Shown here: one piece after another, positions 1 through 12,034 of the stretch | Numbering within the stretch: the first letter of the stretch is position 1 | Layout: each line of letters begins with the position of its first letter | Assembly (NCBI GenBank): GCA_977020255.1 | Contig: CDROCS010003157.1 | Location: forward strand, 1 to 64,000 | Origin: Obrimoposthia wandeli | Lineage: Eukaryota | Reading direction: 5' to 3' | DNA: 64,000 nucleotides | Made by a program: the position numbers and the translations under genes | The notes under the pieces: model-generated | What the model was told of the DNA's origin: nothing | Seen by the model: the letters and a program-made list of their open reading frames with translations, nothing else | Database searches by the model: none

Positions 1-71
1 AGAAAACTCAGAAATAGATGGAGATAATGAATGTGTGGTTCCATTATAAGAAGATCACTAGATGATGAGGC

Positions 72-667
72 AGTAGTAGATTGAATGTGTACCCCCTCCT
101 CTACCTTGTCCTTCGGAAGCCGTGCATGTGTGTGGAGTCACAAAATTTCGTGTAGGTGTGTGGGTGAAATTTCCTCCACACACATGGTTTAAAGACAGAG
201 GGGCCACAAAGTTTTCCTTATCGGCGCGGGGCGTCAGGACAAACATTGGTCTGGGGCCAGAAAGCTTGGCGATGTACGGATGTCTCGCTCACACCCACAC
301 CCACACACNNNNNNNNNNNNNNNNNNNNNNNNNNNNNNNNNNNNNNNNNNNNNNNNNNNNNNNNNNNNNNNNNNNNNNNNNNNNNNNNNNNNNNNNNNNN
401 NNNNNNNNNNNNNNNNNNNNNNNNNNNNNNNNNNNNNNNNNNNNNNNNNNNNNNNNNNNNNNNNNNNNNNNNNNNNNNNNNNNNNNNNNNNNNNNNNNNN
501 NNNNNNNNNNNNNNNNNNNNNNNNNNNNNNNNNNNNNNNNNNNNNNNNNNNNNNNNNNNNNNNNNNNNNNNNNNNNNNNNNNNNNNNNNNNNNNNNNNNN
601 NNNNNNNNNNNNNCACACCACATCACCGAAACACTCACCCTCCGCCCGCCTCTTCGGGGCGGGCTTC
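72..667 (+). repeat. Left terminal inverted repeat of the Maverick (interrupted by N gap 309-613)
   Basis: 104-203 matches the reverse complement of 16601-16709 with indels. 264-289 matches the 46-bp right-TIR unit. 640-667 matches the reverse complement of 16008-16030 and 16133-16155. Confidence 0.8.
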
Positions 668-1992
668 GTCTCCCACAGGCACGAAAACATCAGTCAGATC
701 TATATAATTTAGAGCAAAACAAAATACTGAGACAAAATTATTTTTCCAAAATATTTATTAAACATAAAACAACATATTGGCTTCACTCAAAGTCCAGAAG
801 CTGCATTGTGTCCGTCATCAGTAAAATAATATCCCATTCAGACGTATTGAGATATTCCATAGTTCTTCATCTAGAATTGGAAACTTCAAATATCCTAGAT
901 CATCTTTAAAATCCAGACTTTGATCAGTTTCAAGCTCAGAAACAATTTCTTTCATATACATAATCAGAATGTAAATCCCAAATATTTTTCAGTTGATCCA
1001 AAATCAGTTGTTGTTAAATTTCGATGATATTTTTCTCCTACTTTTGATATTTTCACAGGATTCATAACTCGTATAATTTGATGCCTCTTTGTCTCTTACA
1101 GTTTTTTCCTTTTGAAATTCTTTCTGGATAATAAAATTTGCTACACATCTTTTTATCCATTTCAAAATAAAAGGAAACTGATTAAAAACAATGTTTATAA
1201 AAAATACACATAAGATACAAATAAGATACAAATAAAACTGATTATTAAATAGAAAAGAAACATAGTAAAACCGACACAATTTATTACACACAAAAGTTAA
1301 AACATAGAAATGTAAGGCACGTTCAATTTTCCCACATAGGCAACTTTGTTTCCCATTTCATCTTTCTTGTAACCATAAGTCGAATTGTTAGAGTCCATTG
1401 CTTCTTTTCGAGAAACGCATCAATATCAACACTTATATCTTCCATAGTCATCTAAATGCTTCATCGGCTCCTCGAATATAAAATTCGTTCTTATTGAAAG
1501 TAAAATTTGGAACTGCCTTTTCTATTTTCCTGTTTAAGATATTGAAAATCAGGTTTGATACCTGATGATAGATAGTAGCTGAACTTTCTTCTTTCAATTG
1601 TCACAAATTACTAAAACTAAACAGGCTGACTATTCAAGAATCTGACTTTGTATTTGGTATGTTTCACTTCTTCATACATATCCTTATTCGATTCTTCAAA
1701 CATTTCTACGTCATCGCTTAATACCCGTTGGCTATCTCCATCGTTGATAATTGTCTTTGATATGAATGCATTTACTGTGATTTGTCCTCCAATGGCACAC
1801 ATTCTTTTATACTAATTTCTAACAAAACATGAATCTCATTGGTTAATATAGCAAAAGCATTGAATTTGATTGGACTAAATATATCATCCAATTATAATAG
1901 GTTGCAAGATAATTACAAGAAACATTGTGCAATAAAAAGCAGAGTTCCAGACATATATAAAGAAAGATTTTGCAAAATACATTTTCAGTCTA

Positions 1993-2451
1993 ATGAAACT
2001 CGTAAATTAAATTATAAAAGGTAGAACAGAAGATGATGTTTCGTACTTACCATTCAATGAATGGAAACCGAGACAATAATAACAGAAAAGTTTGACAATT
2101 TCAAAGTTGTTGTTTTCCAACAGGTTAGTTTTTATTTTATTTTCATATTGAATTCTTTAGAAATTGTCGTGTTATGGGATGCAAAATACCAATGCCCATT
2201 CAATTTACCATTTGGAATTCAAATCACTGCAATATTACAATCAATTTCAGCTAATCTCGGGAAACAGATAAATTTTTTTTTAAAACTGCAGAGAAAATGA
2301 AAGAAAAATGCATGTTTGAACCAGAAATTTTTCCTGCTCTCAGTTATTTGAAGTTTAAACCGCTATGTGTAAATATATATTTTCCAGTGGTAAAGTTATG
2401 ATATTGGGATTGAAAAACTTTGATTATCCAGACATAGTTGATTTGATTTAG
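1993..2451 (+). pseudogene. TATA-binding-protein-like gene in the Maverick, frameshifted, probable intron 2124-2160
   Basis: Reconstructed C-half FEPEIFPALSYLKFKPLCVNIFSSGKVMILG (2315-2409, after removing a 2-nt AT slip) parallels TBP repeat 2 [32 protein letters not shown]. N-half FKVVVF..NCRVMGCK parallels repeat 1. Confidence 0.6.
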
Positions 2452-2829
2452 AAAAATATATCTTATTACATCTTGTTATCTTTTCTATAAACAAACCCGT
2501 TTAAACTTATTTTTTTCAATGAATAATACTATAAATAGAGACAATGAAGTGGATCGGCTTGCCGATGAAATATTTTCTAGAAAAATTAGGGGTAAAGAAA
2601 TTTTAGCAGAATTAAAAATAATGATATAACAAGAGATAACATTGAAATATTAGTTAGATCACACACGTTATTAGAGAATTTAGAAATCGTACACAAATAA
2701 ATAAAATTATAGACAAATATTCATTATTTAATTTTTGTATTTCATCTACAATAGCTCTAACATTGTACATTTCAATAAGGAAACTTCTATGATAATATAA
2801 ACAATATTAAAAATGAAAGAGTATATGCA

Positions 2830-3483
2830 ATGGAGCTAAATAATAATGCTGTATTTCAAATAGTTGTGGCCCCAAGTGGAAGTGGAAAGACACACACATT
2901 TCGTCTATAAATTGTTGCAAAACGAATCTCTTTTCAAATCTAGTTTCAAAAATATTTATGGCATCATGGTGGAGGAGGGGAAAGCGGGTTAACCAAAACA
3001 GAATTTTGCAAGTTGAAGGGTATTAAATTTATTGAAGGATTTGATGCAAATTGGTGTGAAAGATTGAAAAAAGAAGATATAATAATAATTGATGATTTGT
3101 TTGAGGAGGCTAACAAGGAAACGGACTTTAATAATTTATTTACAAAGATTGCAAGACATCGTGAAGTAACAGTTATATTTATCACTCAAAATCTGTTTCA
3201 CCAAGGAGGTCACCATAGAACAAGAAATCTTAATGTACATTACTTAGTTTTATTTAAAAATCCTAGAGATCAAACAGTTGTTGATTTTGTGGCCAGACAG
3301 GCATTTCCTCAAAATAAGAACTTTCTAGTTGATTCATTCCACGATGCTGCTAAACAAGCACATGGGTATATATTTATTTACTTAACACAAGCTTGCCCAG
3401 ATGATTTACGTGTTTTAACAGACATATTTAATTCTAAGGGAGTAACTGTTTATAAACAAATAGAGAACAATTATAAAAAATAA
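2830..3483 (+). pseudogene. Packaging ATPase (A32/FtsK-like)
   Basis: Walker A APSGSGKT (2869-2892), Walker B IIIIDDLF, and the downstream ITQNLF..RTRNLNVHYLVLFKNPRD motif. Compensating frameshifts between 2895 and 2960. Confidence 0.9.
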
Positions 3484-3490
3484 ATTCCCA

Positions 3491-3633
3491 ATGCCTTTTA
3501 CAAAGTTGATAGTAAAACGTAAAGTAAAATCTAAGAAATCAACAAAAAGAAAAAAGAAGTGAAAAAAGAAGTGAAAAAATTAATCAAATCTGTAGTTAAA
3601 AATAAAAAAAAACTTAAATGGCTTCGAATATAA
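3491..3633 (+). pseudogene. Tiny Lys/Arg-rich ORF, candidate DNA-condensing core protein
   Basis: MPFTKLIVKRKVKSKKSTKRKKK then, after a slip in a duplicated A-rich 12-mer, KKEVKKLIKSVVKNKKKLKWLRI*. Lies inside the structural module. Confidence 0.35.
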
Positions 3634-3665
3634 ACAATATTTAAATTGTACCTATTTTTATTAAA

Positions 3666-3995
3666 ATGAAGAAAATACAAAGAAGCATACCCTATTTTAA
3701 AGCTTTAGTCAAAGCCTCTTCTAATAAGAGAATGATTATTCTTAAATCATTTCCATCCTTTGTTGTAGATGATTTATTGGAAGTTTTATATAATATAGTT
3801 TTGGGTCGAGTAAAAGTTGGAAATCGGAAAAATATATTAAAGAAATATAGAAAAACTCTTCTAGATATTGCTAATGTAAAAAGTCAAAAAAGGAAACGAA
3901 ATATTATTCTTAAACATAATGGTGGTTTCATAGGGGCTGTTATTCCAGTTGTTGCTTCAATTATCAGTAGTATTATAGCTGCGACACGTTCATAA
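3666..3995 (+). CDS. Small basic Maverick virion protein with C-terminal GG|F hydrophobic peptide (adenovirus protein X/core-like)
   Basis: Intact 109-aa ORF with a basic body ending NGG-FIGAVIPVVASIISSII, a protease-site-plus-hydrophobic-tail pattern typical of Polinton core proteins. Confidence 0.65.
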   Translation: MKKIQRSIPYFKALVKASSNKRMIILKSFPSFVVDDLLEVLYNIVLGRVKVGNRKNILKKYRKTLLDIANVKSQKRKRNIILKHNGGFIGAVIPVVASIISSIIAATRS

Positions 3996-4081
3996 ACAAT
4001 TATTTATAAAATCAGTTAAAGATATGGGTGCTAACCCTTCTTTGGCTAAATTTAAATTTTCTTTCTATTCAAATTGTTTTA

Positions 4082-5098
4082 ATGGAGAAGATATGGTTCA
4101 ATCCAAAAGATCCAATTGGAGTTTCAAAATTAGCAAAAAGAACAAAACAAAATTACAAGAAAACGCAGAAATGGCTGAGCGCTAGTTAGCCTACAGTCTG
4201 AACAAGCTGATGAGAAGAAGGTTTCCAACTAGAGCTTACAAAACCAGCGGTCCTAATAATTTATGGCAAATGGATTTGATGGAGATGATCCCATATTCTT
4301 CCATTAATAAGGGATATCGATATATTTTAACATGTATTGATGTATTTAGCAGGTTTGCTCGTGCAATTCCAGTTAAAGCAAAGTCTTCAATAGCTATGCT
4401 TGAAGCCATTAAAGAAATATTAAAAGAGGACATTCCCCAAAATGTGCAAACTGATTTAGGAAAAGAATTTTATAATAAGCAAGTTCAATCTTTATTTAAG
4501 CAAAATAATATAAATCATTACTCTGTGTTTTCACAATACAAAGCAGCAGTAGTAGAAAGATTTAATCGTACTCTAAGAGATCGAATAAAAAAGTATTTCA
4601 CAAAAGAAGGAAATAAAAAATGGATCCAAGTTTTACCTAAAATAATACATGCATATAATCACTCTGAACATAGAGGTCTCAAGGGAATGAGACCTGTTGA
4701 TGTTACTAATAAAAACTCTATGGACATTTGGATGAACAGGAATAAAAAAGATAAAATTAAAAAAGCTAAATATAAGAAAAACGAATATGTTCGAATTTCG
4801 AAAATGAGCTTTACTCCATTTATTAAAAACTTTGATCAGAATTGAGCGATGAAATATTTTGTATAAGTAAAATTGATCAAAAGAGTAATCCAATAATGTA
4901 TACTATTAAAGATGCTGACAATAATATCGTTCACGGTAAATTTTACGAGCAAGAACTACAAGTATATCAAATAAACCTAGCGTTTTCCGTATTCAAAAAA
5001 TATTAAAATCTAAGGGTACAGGTAAACATAAACAATACTTTGTTAAATGGCATGGTTATTCAGACCCAACTTGGATATCAGCATCTAATATAATATGA
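4082..5098 (+). pseudogene. Retroviral-like (rve) integrase with C-terminal chromodomain
   Basis: DDE motifs WQMDL, VQTDLGKEF and VVERFNRTL. Chromodomain VFRIQKILKSKGTGKHKQYFVKWHGYSDPTWI at 4982-5098. Frameshifts near 4185 and 4843. Confidence 0.93.
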
Positions 5099-6153
5099 AT
5101 TCTATGTATATGGTTTTACCAAGTAACGGATGTCCGAAGACTCAACCAGATAATGACGCTAGTAGCTTTATTATCGATTGGGAAAATTTTATAAATCTCC
5201 AAGGAGAATGGGAAGCGGCTTTAACAGAATTTTCTTTTTAGTATTCTCCAATTACTATCAAAAAAAACTCACATATTTCGTTTACAAAAGAAGTTGATCA
5301 TGAAAAAACAACTGAAGTTGTGATCGGGTTTGATAGTAAAGGACAATTCTATTACAATTGTATAGATAAAGAAGTGAAAGTAGTATTTGAAAATAACAAA
5401 TTCAGATTTAAAAATCGATTAAAATTTCTTCAAGTTATTAAAATTAATTTTGAATCTAAAAAAGAAGCTCTTTATTTCAGTTTTGATAGTGAACAAACAG
5501 TAGCTCGTAATAAACGGGATATTATCTCATCTAATTCGGTTAGAAATGTTCCTGGTAGAGTAGCAAAAGTGTTGTTACTTGAAACGAGAACAAAGGCTGT
5601 AGTGGAACTGAAAACGTTTTCAAAAGATTATAAAATAGATAGTGAAGTGAATTTCTGTAAATTAATACAGAAGGAATGTAGTGAATATTTGGATAAATGT
5701 GAAACATTAAATGGTAAATTAACGTTTACAGTAAAGAGCAATATAAAACGAGTTTCATTTGATGATAAACTCGCTAAAAACCTCGGTTTAAACAGAAATA
5801 CCTTTGAAACCCATACAATAAAAACCATAAAAGCTAAAAATAAGGCAAAACTTTTAAATGCTGTTAATCATTTATATATTTATACTAATTTAATAGAACC
5901 AACGCTTGTAGGAGAACAGCGAGTTCCACTTTTGAGAACAATATGGATATCTAAAAATGAAACTAGAGATGGTGACACTGTCGGTATGTGTATAGATCAA
6001 CCAATGTATCTTCCAGTTTCTCTCTTTTCTATAAACAATATTGAAGTAAATATTAGAGATGATTCCGGACAACTAATAGATTTCACGTACGGGGCCAAGA
6101 CAAGTTTAACAATACATTTAAGAAAACAAAATGGCGAATCCAGCAATAATTGA
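5095..6153 (+). pseudogene. Minor capsid protein (penton-like)
   Basis: ATG overlaps the integrase stop (ATGA). N-terminus MYMVLPSN..PDNDASSF..LQGEWEAALTEF and C-terminal LYIYTNLIEPTLVG..PLLR are typical of Polinton pentons. In-frame TAG at 5239-5241. Confidence 0.85.
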
Positions 6154-6472
6154 AGCTTATAGTCAAAGCCAACAAGGTGGAGAATTACCATATTTTGTTG
6201 GTAAACAATACGGATCTGGCTGGCTTAGAACATTAGGTAGATTTGCCTTTCCTCTTTTAAAGAGACTCGGGCGATTTAGATCAAAATTAGGAAAGGATTA
6301 CCTTTCATCTAATGACAATAAACTAATACCAACTTTTAAGAAGCATGCGCTTGATGAACTTGATAATGTTTTACCTGAAGTTGCTAATTTGATTAGAAAA
6401 CGTAAATCAAATAAAAGCCAAGGAGGTAGTGGATTTAAAAGTAAAAAGAAGCTAAAAATTAATATAAACTAA
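6131..6472 (+). CDS. Maverick core/cement protein with QxGxG motifs
   Basis: QQGG, QYGSGWLRTLGRFAFPLLKRLG and SQGGSGF match the conserved small Polinton protein found upstream of the capsid gene. Confidence 0.7.
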   Translation: MANPAIIEAYSQSQQGGELPYFVGKQYGSGWLRTLGRFAFPLLKRLGRFRSKLGKDYLSSNDNKLIPTFKKHALDELDNVLPEVANLIRKRKSNKSQGGSGFKSKKKLKININ

Positions 6473-6504
6473 CGTAAGAAAGTTGAAGGAACAATATTTG
6501 CAAA

Positions 6505-7734
6505 ATGAGTTGCGCCAAAACTGAATTATGTATTTTTGATAAACCGCTTCCACAAGTAGTTGTAGATAATGCTTCCTTTGAAGAAATATTCCTTGTTAAC
6601 TCAGTTTCAGGAACCACTTTAACCGATTTAGAATTTAATATTAATGGTTCCAATAGCGAGTATTTAGATTTGAATGATACTTTGCTTTATGTTCAAATAA
6701 AAGTATTAAATCGGGATGGTACTAATTTAGATGAAAATGCCGATGTAACACCTGTAAATTATCTATTTAATTTTTTATTTAATGATGCCATTGTTACTCT
6801 TAATAATGTCAAAATTGAAGGTGGAAATTCTTCCTATGCTCATAAAGCTTTGATTGAAAGTCTTTTGAATTATAGTACTGATACTCAAAATACTAATTTG
6901 GCAACTATTGGTTATGATAAAACGGTCGCAACTCGCAAAGAATGGATTGCAGGTTCTAAAGCTTACGAAATGTGTGGGTCTTTGAGATTGAATTTCTTTG
7001 AACAACCGAAATATTTAATTCCCTGTGTTAATGTACATCTTCGTTTGAAACGTAATAAATGGAAATTTTCTTTGATAAGCACGGACATTCTAAAACCTAG
7101 ACTTGATATTTTGGATGCAAAATTGTATGTTCGAAGAGTTAAAACCGAGCAATCAGTTTTAATGGCACATAATATATGAATGGAAAAAAATAATGCTTGT
7201 TATCCTATTAGAGAAACTAAACTTATATCTTATTCTTTAGGTACGGGTACACAAGCTTTTAATAAAGATCAAATTTTTGGTGATGTAAGAATACCGAAAT
7301 TTATTTTAATTTCTTTTCAAAAAACTGCAAAGTTTCTAGGAAATTATACGACAGATGCAACTCAATTTGACAATCTTAATGTTGGTTCAGTGACACTTTC
7401 AAGAAATACTGATTATCGTGAAACATATAAAACAGATTTCGAAGGTAACGCTTATGCTTTGGCTTATACCCAATATATTATTCGAAATTTGGGTCAACTA
7501 GATAAAAATATAAACAATGGTATTTCTTTCACTGACTTTAAAAACAGCTGCCCGTTCTTCACATTTGTTTTGGCACCAGACTTTGATATAAACCAATGCC
7601 AACTACCAAAGGATGGAAATTTACGACTAGAAATTAAGTTCAATGCAGCTTTAACAAATCCTACTACAGTGCTTATTTACGGAGTATTTGATTCGGAAAT
7701 ACAAATCAATAAAAACAGAACTGTCATATTATAG
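6505..7734 (+). pseudogene. Major capsid protein (hexon-like double jelly roll)
   Basis: CAKTELCIF..PQVVV..LEFNI.G..EYLDLNDTLLYV, plus YPIRETK and GNLRLEIKF motifs. Two track ORFs are in one frame, split by TGA at 7177-7179. Confidence 0.9.
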
Positions 7735-7735
7735 A

Positions 7736-8116
7736 ATGGAGTAAGACATATTTTAAATTTATATTTATTAATTTTTATTTAGTTCAAAACAAGTAAAAGA
7801 ATCAGCAGAGAAGGTCCTGGGTGATAAATTCAATGGAGTTTATCCTATTGATATGATTCCATTTTTTCAATCTGGAGGTTACATTATCAATACTCATACT
7901 TCGAATTTACCAGGAGAACATTGGATAGCTATTTATGTTAGAGAGTGGACAATACATGTATTTGATCCACTTGCAATGAATTATCCACACAAACTTGTTT
8001 CAACTATTCAAAAAGGACGAAGAAGAGTATTTTACAACAAGATACAATATCAGGATCGTGAGACGAGAAACTGTGGACATTTATGTATTTTATGGTTATC
8101 GTTGCAAAACGATTAG
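7736..8116 (+). CDS. Adenain-like cysteine protease, spliced: join(7736..7740,7783..8116)
   Basis: Splicing a 42-nt GTAAGA..TTTAG intron gives MDSKQVKESAEKVLGDKFNGVYPIDMIP..GEHW..FDP..Q..CGHLC with catalytic H, D, Q and C. Confidence 0.85.
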
Positions 8117-8391
8117 TTTGTTATAAAAATAAAAATTTTAAATGTTTTATTTTGAATTATTTTTTAAATCTCTAAAAATTTAAGGGTAAAATAATAAAAG
8201 ACATAAGACAATTTTTTTTAATACATTTATTAATCACAACATCACAATGAGATATGTCAGCAAAGATAAGGCATAATAAATAAGGTCCGTCCTAAAAAGG
8301 TATTGAAATAACAAATAAGTTAGAGTCTAGGTGCCATAGGGATCTAAAATTTTAAAAAACTAAACTAAAAAAATCAAAAAATGAAAACCGT

Positions 8392-11300
8392 TTAAATTCT
8401 GAAGTGTCCATAAGCCAGGCTAGCGTTCTTTTCTACCCAAAAGCGCTTGTCGTCATTACTACTCAATGCGATTTCGGTTGATTTATGGGAATACAGTTGA
8501 TGGGCTCTTGAAATAAATCTAGTTTGCTCAACACTTTCAATACACCCAGTATCATAAACTTTCCGGTAGGCCTCATGTGTAAGATTGTTTCTTCCCACAC
8601 CCTTTGCTCTCATTGAACATGTATTATTAGATGCATGTAAACTGTAGCATTTAGGGCGTAGGAAAATACAATCATCATACGAAACCTGTCCCTCGCTTTC
8701 ATCCTTAAATTTCCCGATAATGTCCTTTAAACTCATAGAGTGTAGAGGATGGTTAGTGGGATATTTATGGGTATCTAGTAAGTTGTCCCTAAACATTGCT
8801 GGTAATAATTGATTATTTAAACTAACATTCCTACATTCTAAAAAGAAAGAGTCAGTGTCCCCAGCTGCGATTTTAATCTCACAATTAAATTCTTGTCGGT
8901 ATTTCTCCAATTCTATGTATTGAAGCTCATACATTCTGAGTTTAGAAATGTCTAAAACCGTTTGTCCTATATAACTCGGTCGATCGAGACAAATACTCTG
9001 TTTTCCTAATAACACTGCTACCAAGTCATCTGCAATTGTAAAACTACGCTTGAAGTTGTACTTGCTAGTATATGTTATTAGTTTACGCTCATCATTGCAA
9101 AACCGTAGACAAATACGTTTCCGCAAGTCCTCTACAGTTTTTCCAAAGAGACTATTAATTTTTTAACTTGTAAAAATCTCGATCGAATTTGCTAGTGGCC
9201 AAATTACGTTTTCTTGAATTCTTCTCAATATAGTCTTTAAACACAAAGTTTTGACTGAAGCTTATAGCACGATGAATTCGAGTAACTTTCGCTCCCAACT
9301 TTAAGTAGAATTGAAGAAGCCACCAATGCACAACATAATTCAACTTGTCTTCATGGGTTAACAATAATTTCTTAACCTTTGAATTAGGTGGGCATTGATG
9401 AACAGGCGCTACTGGAAGATCATCTAATTTATCATGTACATTGGGAGGGATTTTTATGTCCACCTCAACCAAATAGCCGATGTCGGATGAAACTGTATCA
9501 ACAGTAGCCAAATCTGTCATCAACTTATTCAACTGATCCACATCATAAACCCACTTAAAGTTGGCATGAGGTAGAGGTTGAGTAAGCGCCCACCCATACA
9601 AATTATTAATATTGATGTACAGAATCTCCGTGGATTGATTTTTGACAACATGATGTTTGTTGACAAAAGTCATTCCACCGCGTATACCATAATCATACAT
9701 TTGATACATCGCGGGATCTTGCAGTAACTCGATATTAATTTTAAGAGTTTTTATTGCTGAAAGACCAGGTAAACTAAAGAAATGCATGGGATCTAGCCCA
9801 TCTTCTGCTGAAGACTTTACACGAAAGGACTCAAAAACATCAGCTAAAAGATAAATGTCTAACTTCATATAATAAAGCATATATTCTAAAAGATTTCGAC
9901 AATTATTCACCCAAAATGTACGGGCCTCATTATAGTCTTGAAGACTTACACCCTCAAATTCAGTTATAGGTGGGATTTCAGTTGTATTTTCTAAATCTGC
10001 GAAAGTTTTCGCAAATTTATACGGAAAAATCCCCTTATCGTTAACCGAAGCTGGGAACACTGACTGTGTAATTGGCCATGCATTTAAAGATGCCGTTAAA
10101 TTTTTTAAAGACCCGCTCAAAAACTGCAGAGAATCTATGAATCTTAAACTGCAGAATTCAGTATATGCAGTTAAAGATAAATATTTCTCTGAAGTTTGAG
10201 GTATACATGAAATTTCCCAAGAGCTTAATGTACCCAACGCGTATTTAAGTATATGATGCAAATCATATCCTTTGAGGTTATGAAACACGATGGGAATGCG
10301 TGGTTTTTTAGGGAGACGACGGCCAAGGTTACAAAGGTTGCACGCCGCTCCCAAGTATCGCCCCGTAACATGATCGTGATCTCTGACTAACTTAGACTGG
10401 GTTCCACACAAATAACATAATCTACAAGAATTAAAATTAACCCAGTCTATGCCTGTCATGATCATTGCTTGATGAGCATTGAGATCATACCACGGTTTGA
10501 CAATTGTTGTTCCTAATTCCTCTAATTTTAACATAAAATCTAAAATACAATTTGGACCGGAAAATTTATGATACTGGATAATATTGGGGCCTAAGAATAG
10601 TAGTCCTGCCGAAGCCGGTAGGTGAATACTCTCATACTGGTCGTGCAATGCTAAAATTGACTCAAAATCTGCATACACCCTGAATTCCACGGGTATGCAT
10701 TTTTCCCAATCCCTGAATTTTAAATCCTTATCCTTAGGCATGCTATATAGCGTATTGTCATCAGGATTCAGTGAACATAATGTCAGATGTTTGCTGTAAG
10801 AGAGCTCGGATCGGAACCCATGCAAACATCTATGACACCACTTACACCTTATCCTAACCGGTAAGGCTCCATTATCTAAATTTAGAAGACGATCTAAACT
10901 GGGAATTGCAGCATAATGGAATTTATTATTATGTTCGAGCAAAATTAAGTTGACCTGAGTCCCCTCATTTTTGCTCCTATAAATTACATCTACAAAAGGA
11001 TTTTTAAAAATTTCTTCATCTGTTACATTAACTGGGATATCAGTATTATATTTGAATACATTAATATTCAAGTTATTAAGATGTTCAAATCTTGATATCG
11101 CAGTTAATTTAACAGGAAAATCTATTCCATGATACTGCAATTCATTTAAAAAAGGGGTATATTTACTGACACGCTCTCTATGCTCAGTAATTACATCCCT
11201 TTTGAGGATGACCAACACGCTATACAGAAAGCAAAGGTTATCACTGTTTTGTACGTTAACAATGGAACGTGAAAGTTGAAGAGATCTAGGTGAAGGAATG

Positions 11301-12034
11301 TATGAACTCCCCGAAAGATATATCATGTCAGTGAACTTTGTTAGAACAAAGCTAACATCGTGAATTCTAACTAGAGTCCATCCACTACTCAACTCGCTAT
11401 AATTAGCAATTTTTTCATCCAGGTTTCTTCCAATTTCAGTTACAAAATTATCATAAAAAACAGTTGCTTTATGTGAAATTACCCAAGTTTTAGTTTCCTC
11501 ATTGACATTTTTAAACTGCACTGTTGCGCAAAATTGAACCTTAGCCTGTCCTAATTTAGTCACTTCTGATTTTAAAATATTTTCAATATTTGAATCTACA
11601 CCTACGTTTAATAAAATTTCATTTCCTAATGGCACCTTAACTATAACATATTTATTATTTAGGTGATACTCTATAGTAGCACCGTTTTCTCTACGTTTTT
11701 TGGGTGGGACCTTATTAAGAAATTGGCCTCGCCTCTTTCTTCCGTTTGTCGCTGACAAACCTCCCCCTAATTGAACAGGAAGAAAACTATTTATATTAAT
11801 AGTTGAGACAATCGCAGCTGAGGTTGAAGGTGCTGCTATTGGACATGCTGCCTATGTTGAGGCAATCGCAGCTGGTGTAGACGATGCTGCTGGAATAGAT
11901 GCTGCCGCAGATGTAGAGGCTGCATTTGAAGCTGACCTTGCCGATGAAGAAGCGGCTGTTGTAGAGGTTAGTGCTGCTGAAATATAATAAAAAATAAATA
12001 TTTTTTAAAAATTACCTCTAAGGCGTGCTAACAT
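8392..12034 (-). pseudogene. polB: Protein-primed DNA polymerase B with endonuclease-VII-like insert; probable 5' exon 12034-12016, intron 12015-11977
   Basis: Exo motifs YADFES, FHNLKGYD and YMKLDIYLL. Pol motifs YININNLYG (catalytic D to N), KLK-NSLFGKT (+1 frameshift near 9158) and GDTDS. CYLC..RDHDH..GAACNLCN endonuclease VII motif. Premature TAG at 11854-11852. Confidence 0.95.

Noticed and set aside
122-909. Long ORFs across the first N gap (and 16061-16420 across the second)
   Set aside because: Artefacts of translating Ns.
720-1830. Minus-strand ORF remnants at the Maverick left arm
   Set aside because: Coding-like but too fragmented to assign any family.
7177-7182. Programmed readthrough or a split major capsid gene
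   Set aside because: Most neighbouring genes also carry random stops or frameshifts; a nonsense mutation is simpler.
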